Below, piece after piece: positions 46,647-56,579 of a stretch of 64,000 nucleotides of DNA. The number at the start of each line of letters is the position of its first letter. Within the stretch, counting starts at the first letter, position 1. The translations under genes were made by a program, and so were the position numbers. The DNA is taken from assembly GCA_964519305.1 (NCBI GenBank), contig CAZFHY010000007.1, positions 64,001 through 128,000 on the forward strand. Reading direction: 5' to 3'. This DNA is from Candidatus Undinarchaeota archaeon. GTDB lineage: Archaea; SpSt-1190; JASMDC01. Below the pieces are notes generated by a model, which saw only the letters and a list, made by a program, of their open reading frames with translations, did no database searches and was not told the origin of the DNA.

Positions 46647-48218
46647 TTACTCCTCGGCAGCGCCTTCCCACGATACGGGATTGGACTCTATCTCGAGCTT
46701 TCTCCCATCAGGTCGGTTGTGGAGGATCCGTGCTGGCGGTAGGTCTACAGTACCGATGACCTCGATAACGCTGGTCATCGAATAGGAGAACACGCGCTCC
46801 TCCTTTGGCTCCAGTCTTTCGACGGTCCATATGACTTCGGTCCACTGTTCACCCCTTTGGATGGTGGTCGGTTTCAAAGTTGGGAATGACTTAGAGACCT
46901 TTGCCATGAGCGGTACGCGATCGACCACGTTCACGTTCTCAATAGCACGCTCAGAGAAGTTGCGCAAGTGGATGGTGATGGACGCGATGGCCTTACGACC
47001 CCTCTTATCCTTCTTGATGGATATCTCTTTCTCGAGCGTGAGCGCTCTGCTTGTCTGGAGCACGAATATTGCCGCCAGTACGATAGCTACGGTCACTGCG
47101 AGGAATGGGATGTATGATACTTCTGCCCGTACCTCGGCTTCCTCCAGGGGATCGAGAGAAACCTCCCACACGTACAGGTAAGCATTACGCTCTGCGACCT
47201 TGCGTGTAGGACGGGGTTCTGCGATGGTGAATATGTCAAGGTACCACGGGATGCGCTCTTGTACAGTATATACCGTGGGTGTATTCCCCTTGTTGCGTAA
47301 CCTGTAGGTCGTCTTCTTACGCATCATCTCCTTCTCGATGACGGGGAATACATCGACACCGCTCTTGCTACCGACAGTGAAACCAAGTGTCTCGGGACCG
47401 ATGGTGAGCCCTCCGGCCATGACCGAAACCGTGATGGAGTAATCACCCGGGGCTATGTCCGGTTCAAGGGTCACCGAGTGCGAGGCGCTCAGTGTACCCC
47501 CGTCCTTGTGAACTGTCACAGGCGTCCTTCTGATGATGGGGGGGATAATATCGCCATTGATGTCAACGATCTGCACGTCCACATCAAGGCTACCCACTTC
47601 GATGTTAACTGCGTTCTCCACGATGATGCCGATATCAATGCCATCTTCGGGATAGAATGGACCAGGATCACGGAGAGAGATGCTAAGCGAAGGATTGAAC
47701 ACAGGCACAGGTGTCGGAACAGGAGTGGGTGTGGGCGTGACAACGACGACCGTCACTTCCACACGTTCGATGATCTCAGGAGTAGGTTCTGGAAGTGGCG
47801 GTGGGAGGACCTGGACATAGAACTCGTCCTCGGAACGGGATTCGGCAATAAGGTTGCGGCTCGAATTGTAATGACGAGCTATCATTGAAACGGAGAAGAC
47901 GTATGTATATGTCCGCGTCCCGTTAGGGGGGAGGATTCTAAGGATGTTCTTTCCCCTGCGACCGCTCGATGCCAATCTGAACGAGTGATCTATACTTGGA
48001 CGGATCCATGTGGGGTATGCACCTTTCGGCGTGAGTACGATCTCCATAGAACCATTGTAACGGTTCTCGACCACGACCTCAAAGGTCGCCTCTTCGCCTG
48101 GTATAACGGCGCCCTTGATGGCCTTCACGGACAATCTCACTGTGTCGACCTTTTCGACCGATGCGCAGAATGTTGAGAGCACCAGCACTAGAACGAACAG
48201 GAGGCGTGCCCGATGCAT
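46647..48218 (-). CDS. Secreted/membrane-anchored multi-Ig-like protein
   Basis: Signal peptide, Pro/Thr linker, PGDY beta domains, internal transmembrane helix, C-terminal DUF11-like domain (VVDRVP...IWTVERLEPKEERVFSY). Confidence 0.8.
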   Translation of the reverse strand: MHRARLLFVLVLVLSTFCASVEKVDTVRLSVKAIKGAVIPGEEATFEVVVENRYNGSMEIVLTPKGAYPTWIRPSIDHSFRLASSGRRGKNILRILPPNGTRTYTYVFSVSMIARHYNSSRNLIAESRSEDEFYVQVLPPPLPEPTPEIIERVEVTVVVVTPTPTPVPTPVPVFNPSLSISLRDPGPFYPEDGIDIGIIVENAVNIEVGSLDVDVQIVDINGDIIPPIIRRTPVTVHKDGGTLSASHSVTLEPDIAPGDYSITVSVMAGGLTIGPETLGFTVGSKSGVDVFPVIEKEMMRKKTTYRLRNKGNTPTVYTVQERIPWYLDIFTIAEPRPTRKVAERNAYLYVWEVSLDPLEEAEVRAEVSYIPFLAVTVAIVLAAIFVLQTSRALTLEKEISIKKDKRGRKAIASITIHLRNFSERAIENVNVVDRVPLMAKVSKSFPTLKPTTIQRGEQWTEVIWTVERLEPKEERVFSYSMTSVIEVIGTVDLPPARILHNRPDGRKLEIESNPVSWEGAAEE

Positions 48219-48276
48219 CGGTCGCAAATGGGTACCGAAGCTTTAAATGCTTACCCGGGACCCCGGTCTCTCGGTT

Positions 48277-49212
48277 CTACCCTGTCAGGGAGTAGGACAC
48301 TTCGACGTCCCTGTCCTGATAGAGCCACACTTCTTCAAGAGAGACCGTAATGGCCTTCTGCGTGCCGCGGAGGTTGCTTAGAGAGCTCTCCTTCAGTGGA
48401 AGGATTATCCTGACCTGGAACTCGTCATTGTCGAACGAGACGTTCTCTAGCGTCACCTTGTTGTCCAGGACCTTGCACATCTTGGTGGATGTAGCGTCCT
48501 CGTACTCGCACGTGCTCTTGGTAAGGTCGAAGTCGTCGGCACGGGGCACGTTCACGATCATCCGGGGGATCTTGTCCTCAAGCACACCGCTGTTATCGGT
48601 GATGCCCTTCTTGACCGTGATCTCGATCGACACCTCGGCATCCTTGTCGAGGGGGACCTCCTTAGGATCGACCTCGATTACGATGGGTACGATCTCGGAA
48701 GTAGTGGTCGTAGAACCGCTCTCTTTTGTGTCTGCAGAATCGGCTATCTTGAAGGTATTTGCGGCCTTCACAGAAGTCTTGTACTTGACACGTACCTTAA
48801 GCTTCTCGGGATTCATGGCGGGAACGAACTCGGTCTTGGCCTTGACCGCGACGTTCCACTTCTCATCGTCCTCGTCACCGTTCTTCATGTTAAGGGCGAT
48901 GGTCTTCCACATGTTACCCTTATCGATCTCCATGTTCACGGGGTCCGTGAGTACAAGGGCCTTAACATCCTCGATGGCGTCAAGAAGTCCGTTCTTGACA
49001 GCGATCTTCAGCTTGATCCGGTCACCGGGCTCGGGATTGGAGGGCACGACCGAGGACGTCACCTCTACATCTCCGGCAAAGTTGGTGGTCTTACTTGTAC
49101 CCGTTCCGGATCCTGTGGTCGTACCACCGCCAGCACCCTGCTGACAGCCTGCCATGAAGACAAGACCGCAGAGCACGACCGTGATGATGCAAACGTCCTT
49201 TATTGATGCCAT
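48277..49212 (-). CDS. Putative lipoprotein (paralog of 49224-50180)
   Basis: Lipobox VFMAGC, Gly/Thr linker; shared VKNGLLD.IEDVKA and VPI.IEVDP motifs. Confidence 0.82.
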   Translation of the reverse strand: MASIKDVCIITVVLCGLVFMAGCQQGAGGGTTTGSGTGTSKTTNFAGDVEVTSSVVPSNPEPGDRIKLKIAVKNGLLDAIEDVKALVLTDPVNMEIDKGNMWKTIALNMKNGDEDDEKWNVAVKAKTEFVPAMNPEKLKVRVKYKTSVKAANTFKIADSADTKESGSTTTTSEIVPIVIEVDPKEVPLDKDAEVSIEITVKKGITDNSGVLEDKIPRMIVNVPRADDFDLTKSTCEYEDATSTKMCKVLDNKVTLENVSFDNDEFQVRIILPLKESSLSNLRGTQKAITVSLEEVWLYQDRDVEVSYSLTG

Positions 49213-49223
49213 CCTAAGTCACC

Positions 49224-50180
49224 TCATTCTGTGAGATCGTAGGCTAAAGATATCGTTGAATCCTTGTAGAGCTTAATCCTATTGATGCCTACCCGGACCA
49301 ACCGCTCAGTACCACGCATCTCGTTCAACGATGATTCCTTCATAGGGAGCACGATGTGCACGCTCAGTTCTTCGGAGTGGAACTCTACGTCCTCGAGGGT
49401 GATCGAACCACCGGACATCACGCATGTCTTGGTCTCGGCATTATCCTCGTACGTGCACGAAGGTTTGTCGAAGTCGTCAGCATCGGGGATCTCGATCACG
49501 ATCTGTTCGATGCTGTCAAGGAGGACACCGCTGCTCTCGTCAGCTCCCTTGAGCACCTTGATGTCGATGACGACCTCCTCATCCTTGTCGAGGGGGACGA
49601 CGCTCGGGTCGACCTCGATGGTAACAGGTACGATGGATGATGTAGAAGTGGCCTTCTCACGTGTACCGCCATCTGGCGTGTCAGCGATACCGAACTTCGT
49701 GGCGGCATGCACAGATGTCGAGTAGGTAGTTCGGACCTTGACCTCTTCGGGATTGTTATCGGGTACGAACTCGCCGAGGTCCTTGACCGTCATGCTCCAC
49801 TTGACGTCACCGTCTTCACCGTTCTTCAACGTCGTGTCCACGGTCTTGAGCATTTGTCTGTCGGTGATATCGACGTTAGCGGGATTAGATTGGATCTTGG
49901 CCTTGACGTCCTCGATATTATCGAGAAGACCGTTCTTCACTGTGAGGGTCATTCTTACGCGTTCCTTTGGCTTCGGGCTCTCCTTGTCGAGCTCGATGGA
50001 AACACTGACCGCATCGCCAATGGAAATAGGATCTCCAGGCTTCACGGTCGATGAACCGCCGGAACTGCCACCGGAGCTGCCCGAACCAGGTACGTTCGGC
50101 TCACTGTCAACTTTTTCGCAACCGGCGAAAAACACCAGTGCGCATATGACGAATAATACAGTAATCCTATCAGTTCTCAT
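49224..50180 (-). CDS. Putative lipoprotein (paralog of 48277-49212)
   Basis: Lipobox VFFAGC, Gly/Ser linker; GAGGTGA RBS. Confidence 0.82.
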   Translation of the reverse strand: MRTDRITVLFVICALVFFAGCEKVDSEPNVPGSGSSGGSSGGSSTVKPGDPISIGDAVSVSIELDKESPKPKERVRMTLTVKNGLLDNIEDVKAKIQSNPANVDITDRQMLKTVDTTLKNGEDGDVKWSMTVKDLGEFVPDNNPEEVKVRTTYSTSVHAATKFGIADTPDGGTREKATSTSSIVPVTIEVDPSVVPLDKDEEVVIDIKVLKGADESSGVLLDSIEQIVIEIPDADDFDKPSCTYEDNAETKTCVMSGGSITLEDVEFHSEELSVHIVLPMKESSLNEMRGTERLVRVGINRIKLYKDSTISLAYDLTE

Positions 50181-51466
50181 GTCATTCTCACCTCAAGTGT
50201 CCCAAGATACACCGTCCCATTTGAGACTAGTTGAATATTGTTGTGTCCGGATATTAAATAAGTTGGGTTTATTGGTAGGTCTACCTTACCCTGTTCGGCT
50301 TCCCCCTTAATAATCGACCTGCTACCCTCACGGTTCATAATATACACAGTCAACCAGCTACGTTTCTTCACCTGGGTCACGTCGAGCGACATGGATAGTT
50401 CTCGCAGGTCACGCTTCAACCCGTATATCTCCTGACTCGTTATGTTGAACTCGTAGGATGCCTCGGGTGCTACCTTTGGCGAGTAGAATACGATAAGCTC
50501 GATGTCATTAAGATGATAGCTCCCTCCATCTCCGGATGAGAACTTGATGGAGTTCATCGTATGGAGGATGTGACGTGGCAATGAGAAATCGATCGTATAC
50601 GGTGGCGCGGACTTTTCGCGGACCCTGCCTGTGAAAACGACGTAATCGTTGATGGCTATGCTCAGTTCGCCGGTCGTGTCCGCCTGGTCGACGCTGAAAA
50701 CGAGACGACCTTTGACCCATCCCTTGATCTCGCGTCGTGAGAGCGCGAACTGCTTTTTATCTATGACAACCTGTCCTGTCCTGCTGGCAAGTGTCAGTCC
50801 TGAGATTATATATGTGGTCGGGGACCACACCCGCCATCCGCTCCCGGAGGCATCGACGTCGATCCGGTTCTCACCGTTCTTTAGCAGATGTGCGAATTGA
50901 AGGGGGTCGATACCATACTCACCAGGATCGGTGATCTGTGACCAGATGACCTTGTCGTTGAGCCGTATAACGAGCCGACCGTTCCGGTTCGTGGATAGGA
51001 CCGTGAAGTTGAGCTTGCTGCCGATGAGCTGGTCGAAATTCTCGCGTGATAGTGTGAAATGCGCTTTATGTACGCTCTCTGTCATTACGCCGCGGGAGAC
51101 CTCGAGCGGCCCGATCATGGTAAGAAGGGACACTGCTCCGCCCTTGTTCTTTATGTACGCCTCATAGTGGTGTGAGGGTGGTGTCGCCTCAAGGTCCACA
51201 GAGACCGAGCGAACGGTGTACTCGGAACCAATGGGGCCGACGGTCGTCCGGATTATAAGACCAGTAGAAGGATCACGCTCGATGTCGTCCTCCGGGTCCT
51301 CCCCGTCCGGGAGTTCACGTGCAACGGGTGTTGGTACTGGCGATGCCAGGGCTACAGTATCATCCGGTACCATGGTACCGAACCGCAGGAAGACAAGGAG
51401 AATGGACAGCACGAGGATAAGGAGTCCTGCGTTCATCAGGTCCCTTCGTATCCCATCGAGCGCCAT
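50177..51466 (-). CDS. N-terminally anchored beta-rich surface protein
   Basis: N-terminal transmembrane helix; three beta-sandwich-like repeats (L.I.lN...GeN.I); SGSGWRVWSPTTY motif. Confidence 0.75.
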   Translation of the reverse strand: MALDGIRRDLMNAGLLILVLSILLVFLRFGTMVPDDTVALASPVPTPVARELPDGEDPEDDIERDPSTGLIIRTTVGPIGSEYTVRSVSVDLEATPPSHHYEAYIKNKGGAVSLLTMIGPLEVSRGVMTESVHKAHFTLSRENFDQLIGSKLNFTVLSTNRNGRLVIRLNDKVIWSQITDPGEYGIDPLQFAHLLKNGENRIDVDASGSGWRVWSPTTYIISGLTLASRTGQVVIDKKQFALSRREIKGWVKGRLVFSVDQADTTGELSIAINDYVVFTGRVREKSAPPYTIDFSLPRHILHTMNSIKFSSGDGGSYHLNDIELIVFYSPKVAPEASYEFNITSQEIYGLKRDLRELSMSLDVTQVKKRSWLTVYIMNREGSRSIIKGEAEQGKVDLPINPTYLISGHNNIQLVSNGTVYLGTLEVRMT

Positions 51467-51549
51467 TATCCGGTACCGTTAATAAAAGAGTGTGATGTTC
51501 CTTTTTATAGGTGCAGTGTCTGTAATGTCAAGGATGGAGGTGAAAGAAG

Positions 51550-52629
51550 GTGAAGGTCCTCAAGCGTGATCTAAGACATGACATGCTCAAGCTCCTTGTC
51601 GAGAACATAGACGACCTCTGGCATCTCCATCACGTAATAGAGCCCCATGACGTGCTCTCCGGTCGTACCTTCAGGCGCGTGCAGTCGCGTGGTCCTGAGG
51701 AGGGCAGAGGGGAGAAACGTCCGATGTTCCTCAAGATCGCCGTCGAGCGCATCGAGTACCACGAGTTCGCCAACATCCTCCGTGTAACAGGGCCGATAAC
51801 CGAAGGCCCACCGGACGCGTCCCTTGGATCGTACCACACGTTCGGCCTCGCGGAGGGCGCCGTGTTCACTCTCTTCAAACCCGGCCGATGGGGCAAGTAC
51901 CACCTTGAGCGCATCCAGACCTCTACAAAGCTCCGCAAGAAGGTGCTAGTGGTCATAGTAGAGCCCGGTGAGGCGACCCTCGCACTGGTCCATGCCTACG
52001 GAGTGCGGATGCTGGGGACGGTGGCGACGAACCTCCCGTCCAAGCGGAACGATCCCGAAGGATACACGACGAAGGAACGTGACTTCTATGGTGAAGTCGT
52101 GAAGGGCATGGCCGAAGCGATCGACTCGCATGAACCTAGCGGCACGATCATCGCAGGGCCAGGATGGGCGAAGGACAAGCTCGCGGCCGTGTTCCGAAAG
52201 GAACGGCCCGATGACAGGGCACATGTAGAGGGCATCGGCTCGGCCGGAGAAACGGGCGTGAACGAGGTCATCAAACGTGGTACTGTCGGCAAGCTCTATT
52301 CCGACAGCAGGGTCGCCCTGGAGATGGAACTTATCGAGCGTCTCATGTCCAGCATCTCAAAGGAGGACGATCTCGCTACGTACGGTAAGGATGATGTGCG
52401 ATACGCGGTCGAATGCGGTGCCGTCAGCCACCTTCTAGTGACGGACGAGGTGTTCAGGAAGGCCAACGCGAGCGGTAAGGGTGACGCTCTCGACGGGCTC
52501 ATGGAGGACGCGGCAAAGAAACGCGGGGATGTCGTGATAGTCAGTTCTGAGCACGAGGGTGGACGACGTCTCGACGGGCTCGGGGGGATCGCGGCACTAC
52601 TCAGGTACCCGCTCTCTCGTGAAGAATGA
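51550..52629 (+). CDS. pelA: mRNA surveillance protein pelota
   Basis: ENIDDLWHL, LRVTGPI, GSYHT, AGPG, YG..DV..A...GAV..LL and LDGLGGIAALLRY motifs; GGAGGTGA RBS. Confidence 0.95.
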   Translation: MKVLKRDLRHDMLKLLVENIDDLWHLHHVIEPHDVLSGRTFRRVQSRGPEEGRGEKRPMFLKIAVERIEYHEFANILRVTGPITEGPPDASLGSYHTFGLAEGAVFTLFKPGRWGKYHLERIQTSTKLRKKVLVVIVEPGEATLALVHAYGVRMLGTVATNLPSKRNDPEGYTTKERDFYGEVVKGMAEAIDSHEPSGTIIAGPGWAKDKLAAVFRKERPDDRAHVEGIGSAGETGVNEVIKRGTVGKLYSDSRVALEMELIERLMSSISKEDDLATYGKDDVRYAVECGAVSHLLVTDEVFRKANASGKGDALDGLMEDAAKKRGDVVIVSSEHEGGRRLDGLGGIAALLRYPLSREE

Positions 52630-52854
52630 GATGGATGTGGCCCGTCACACTAACCCCCTTGCTTCATAGATTGCCGGTCGGCGTGCTCCACAGGATAACC
52701 CTCGCGGCGGGCCATGTACGGTGCCCGGGTGGTCTCCTGCTCATCGACACGACGACACGTCGCTCTTGCAGAAGGACCTTAAAGGCACCACTTAACCATA
52801 GTGCTGTGGTCGATAAATAGGTTTCGTTGTTGATCGATGAAAATAGCTCTTGGA

Positions 52855-53922
52855 TCACACGAGTATGTTCGTGAGACCTGCCTCGCGTGCCAGGGCGACC
52901 GCCTTGTCGAACTCCTTCTTCGAGAGCCGGCGCTGTAGCCCGGGATAACGCTCCGGATGTTTGCTCACGAGGTTGTCCGGGTGGTACTGGTCCATGACGT
53001 TCACGCGCGTGTCCGTACCGAGCTCATCGGCGACCCATGTCATAGCTGGTCGAGTGCAGCAGTCAAGGTGCCCTGGGAGCACGAGATGTCGGATGATGAG
53101 CTCACCATGCCGTGATGCGAGACGATGGTTGCGGGTCACGACCGTGAAGTACCGCTCTACCTCTGAGAAGCGAGAACCGCAGTCGTCGTTCCCGTACTTC
53201 AGGTCCGTGAGCCAGACGTCCACGAGCCCGTCTAGGAGGTCCATTGCCTCGACGGTCAGGTACATGTTCGAGTTCCAGACGAGGGGCACGTTCTCGTCCA
53301 TGCCGGTCAGCGCCTTGAGCACCGCGGGTAGCTGCGGTATCGGATCACCGCCCACTACGTTGAGGTTGCGGACGTTGCGGTCGATGAGCGCCCTGAACGC
53401 CTCACGCAGGCGTTCCGTTCCAGCGGGCTCTCCGACCGAGGGATTACGCGAGATGTCATGGTTCTGACAGAACACGCACCTGAGATTGCATCCGGAGAAG
53501 AACACGGTACCCGATGGGACGAGCTCCGGTTCCTCCCCCATGTGGATGAACGACGACGAAATGAAAGGTGTGATCCCGGCCCCGCAGACCCCACTGTCCA
53601 CGTTACGGTCCACTGAGCACCGTCGCTCACACAGTCCGCATGACGAATAGTGCTCGTCCGCCATCTGCGCCTTAAGGTCCAGTAGGGAGAACGGAGCCGT
53701 TGGTAGTACGATATCCTCCGCAACGACCCGGTCCAGCTCCTTGATGCCCCGGGCGTGCTCCTTGGCTGGATCGGCCTCGGGATCGATCTCGACCGTTCTT
53801 GCCAGCAACCATCGAGCGCGGGCCCGACCCTCCGCGACATCGATGTAACGGCCCAGCACCTTCCTCACACCGGGATCGTCGAAAGCGGCAGCAGCGTCCG
53901 GTCGGAGGAACTGCCAGAGCAT
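52855..53922 (-). CDS. PflX-like radical SAM protein (pyruvate formate-lyase activating enzyme family)
   Basis: CGLCERRC, HMGEEPELVPSGTVFFSGCNLRCVFCQN and IIRHLVLPGH motifs. Confidence 0.9.
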   Translation of the reverse strand: MLWQFLRPDAAAAFDDPGVRKVLGRYIDVAEGRARARWLLARTVEIDPEADPAKEHARGIKELDRVVAEDIVLPTAPFSLLDLKAQMADEHYSSCGLCERRCSVDRNVDSGVCGAGITPFISSSFIHMGEEPELVPSGTVFFSGCNLRCVFCQNHDISRNPSVGEPAGTERLREAFRALIDRNVRNLNVVGGDPIPQLPAVLKALTGMDENVPLVWNSNMYLTVEAMDLLDGLVDVWLTDLKYGNDDCGSRFSEVERYFTVVTRNHRLASRHGELIIRHLVLPGHLDCCTRPAMTWVADELGTDTRVNVMDQYHPDNLVSKHPERYPGLQRRLSKKEFDKAVALAREAGLTNILV

Positions 53923-53974
53923 GGATACGGGATGTGAGGTAACCTTTATGAGTGGAGATGGTGCCCCTTGAGCC

Positions 53975-54565
53975 GTGAGCGACGGGGATGCGGAGTGGGT
54001 CGGTCATCCTGACGTCTATAGCCCCCGTGAGGATTCGGAGCTTCTCGCCGAGGCCGTATCGAACCATTCCAAGGTTGGACGTGCCTGCGAGGTGGGGCCG
54101 GGGTCCGGATACGTCACTGTTGCTTTATCACGGATCGCGGACCTTGTCGTAGCGATCGATATCAGCATGGACGCAGCACGATTGACCAGGGAGAACCTCG
54201 TCCGCTCAGGTTCAGATAACTTCGAAGTGGTGTGCGGTGACCTGCTTACTGCTGTGGGTATTCGGTTCGACCTTATCTGTTTCAACCCACCCTACCTCCC
54301 GGAAGATCCCGGTGAGGACCCGCTCTCACGTTCATGGGCAGGCGGTCCCACAGGACGTGAGGTCCTTACACGTTTTATAGAGGGGCTGGCCGACCGGCTC
54401 GCTGAGGGCGGTGAGGCGTTCGTGGTCGTATCCTCGCTAATGGGACCGGACGAGCTCGGCGCGATCGTCCGGGATACCGGGCTGGAGCACGAAATAGTCT
54501 CGAATCAACGCCTCGACTTCGAGGAGCTCGCGATATGGCGCTTGCAGCGGCCGAGGATAAATTGA
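53975..54565 (+). CDS. HemK2/Mtq2-like release factor glutamine methyltransferase
   Basis: VYSPREDS.LL, EVGPGSG, FNPPYLP and W.GGPTGRE motifs. Confidence 0.9.
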   Translation: MSDGDAEWVGHPDVYSPREDSELLAEAVSNHSKVGRACEVGPGSGYVTVALSRIADLVVAIDISMDAARLTRENLVRSGSDNFEVVCGDLLTAVGIRFDLICFNPPYLPEDPGEDPLSRSWAGGPTGREVLTRFIEGLADRLAEGGEAFVVVSSLMGPDELGAIVRDTGLEHEIVSNQRLDFEELAIWRLQRPRIN

Positions 54566-54592
54566 TAAAGGTTCGTTGGGACCTTACAGCCA

Positions 54593-55975
54593 ATGCCGGG
54601 CAACCAGTATGACGCGGTCGTCGTTGGCTGTGGTACGGGCGGTGCCGCTTTTGCCATCAGGGCCCGGAAGCTCGGACTATCGGTATGTGTCGTTGATACC
54701 AAACCACGCGCCCGGATAGGCGAGAAGGTATGCGGTGATGCGGTACCGAGATATCACTTCGACCGGCTCGAGGAGGAAGCGGGCATCACACCTCCACGCG
54801 GCGATGAACTAGGCCAGGTCATTACCGGCATGAAGCTGATCGGCCCATCCCGGACCCGCATGGTCAGGGTCCACGAGGACGGGTACACGGTCAACAGACA
54901 CGAGTTCGGCCAAAGGCTCGTGAACGACGTGGTCGACGCTGGAGCTAACCTACTTGACAAGCACCTCGTGCTCGGTCCGATCATAGAGAATGATCGTATA
55001 GTAGGGCTCAGGACGAAGGACAAGATAACACGCATGGAGCGTAACATCTACTCTTCGGTCGTCGTGGACGCTTCAGGTGTCGGCGCCACTCTCAGGAAAT
55101 CGGTCGATTTCCCCGGCCGTGAACGTGGCATACATCCCAGGGACCTCGGTATCTGCTACAGGGAAGTGCTCAAGCTAAAGGAGCCCATCGATGATCCTGA
55201 TATCCTTGAGGTCATTTTCGACCGTAACGTCGCCCAGGGCGGGTACATCTGGGTGTTTCCCAAGTCGGACACAGTGGTGAACGTAGGTGTCGGCCTCACC
55301 ATGTCACTGGGAGCGAGCCCACTGGCTGCGTACCGTAGGTTCATCAAACGGGACAGGATATTCAATGATGCCGATGTGATCGCAAAGGGGGGCGGTATAG
55401 TGCCCATGCGCAAGCCCGTCAGTTCATTCGTGGGGGACAGATTGCTCCTCGTCGGGGACTCGGCGTGCCAGGTCAATCCGCTCCATGGCGGTGGGCTAGG
55501 GTACTCAATGATCGGTGGGTGCATGGCGGCCAACACCGCCGCCGAAGCGCTCGCCCGGGACGATGTCTCGTACAATGGTCTCTGGAGCTACAACCACGAG
55601 TACCAGACAACGATAGGTATGCGTCACGCGGCGCTCGATGTGTTCCGCATCATGCTCAATTCGCTCTCCAACCGTGATCTTGACTTCGGATGCTCGGGGA
55701 GCCTCTTCACCGAGAACGACTTCTTTGCCATCGATAAGAACGGCAAGTTGGAGCTCTCTACCGCACAGAAGCTCATCCGCGGGCTTCGAGGGCTACACCA
55801 TCCGACCCTCATGCGCTCTCTCATGTTCGCCGTCAAGCGTATGAAGGCGCTAAAAGAGCTCTACATGGCCTATCCGACAACACCGGAAGGGCTCGATTCG
55901 TGGACCTCACGCGTTGATGAGGAGTACGAACCGGTCTGGAAACGATTCAGTAAGTCGTTCGAGAAGACCGACTGA
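54593..55975 (+). CDS. Geranylgeranyl reductase family FAD oxidoreductase
   Basis: VVVGCGTGG, EKVCGD, GGYIWVFP and LVGDSACQVNPLHGGG motifs. Confidence 0.9.
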   Translation: MPGNQYDAVVVGCGTGGAAFAIRARKLGLSVCVVDTKPRARIGEKVCGDAVPRYHFDRLEEEAGITPPRGDELGQVITGMKLIGPSRTRMVRVHEDGYTVNRHEFGQRLVNDVVDAGANLLDKHLVLGPIIENDRIVGLRTKDKITRMERNIYSSVVVDASGVGATLRKSVDFPGRERGIHPRDLGICYREVLKLKEPIDDPDILEVIFDRNVAQGGYIWVFPKSDTVVNVGVGLTMSLGASPLAAYRRFIKRDRIFNDADVIAKGGGIVPMRKPVSSFVGDRLLLVGDSACQVNPLHGGGLGYSMIGGCMAANTAAEALARDDVSYNGLWSYNHEYQTTIGMRHAALDVFRIMLNSLSNRDLDFGCSGSLFTENDFFAIDKNGKLELSTAQKLIRGLRGLHHPTLMRSLMFAVKRMKALKELYMAYPTTPEGLDSWTSRVDEEYEPVWKRFSKSFEKTD

Positions 55976-56022
55976 TCCCGTCCCTGCGATAGCTTTATTA
56001 AGGAAATCGCTCTCCGTGTGGC

Positions 56023-56101
<79 letters not shown>

Positions 56102-56146
56102 TTCCCTATCCAATCTGTAGATAGCAGAATATCCAGAGTGTTCGGC

Positions 56147-56557
56147 TTATCTCAGCAGCCCCAGCCGTATGAGCAGGCGCGCCTCTTCACCTGTGATGCT
56201 GCCGTCACCTTTGGCGAGGTCCCACACGTGACGATGGATGTCTCCCGACATGTCATTGGTATCACTGAAGAGCTGATGATCCACCGCTTGTTCGGCCATG
56301 TACTCGATTATTTCGGACTCGTACTCGGCGAGATGGCCGTCGATATAAGCCAGGCTCGCGGTTGTCTTGGCACAGCCCTCGAGCACGTGATCGTACGCTT
56401 CGACGAGGCATATCCCGACAGCTGTGCCCAATCCGGCGGCAAGGGCCACTTGGGGCAGGAGGCCCGGTTCGCGGTAGGCGTCCAGGTCATCGGTGACGGT
56501 GTAACCCGTGGACGCGGCCGACCCACCGTAGCCGATGGTCTCGAGGTCTTCGATCAT
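56147..56557 (-). CDS. Unknown family B protein (copy 1), single hydrophobic helix
   Basis: 136 aa, collinear with 57445-57855 (DLET.GY, EPG.L, F.D, DI..HV..LA..DG.ITG.E..LL). Confidence 0.78.
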   Translation of the reverse strand: MIEDLETIGYGGSAASTGYTVTDDLDAYREPGLLPQVALAAGLGTAVGICLVEAYDHVLEGCAKTTASLAYIDGHLAEYESEIIEYMAEQAVDHQLFSDTNDMSGDIHRHVWDLAKGDGSITGEEARLLIRLGLLR

Positions 56558-56579
56558 GGATATCAGCGCCTCAGTTCGC

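Noticed and set aside
52630-52800. RNase P or SRP RNA
   Set aside because: Too short, and it lacks the GAGGAAAGTCC-type and SRP helix 8 consensus; kept only as a low-interest unknown.
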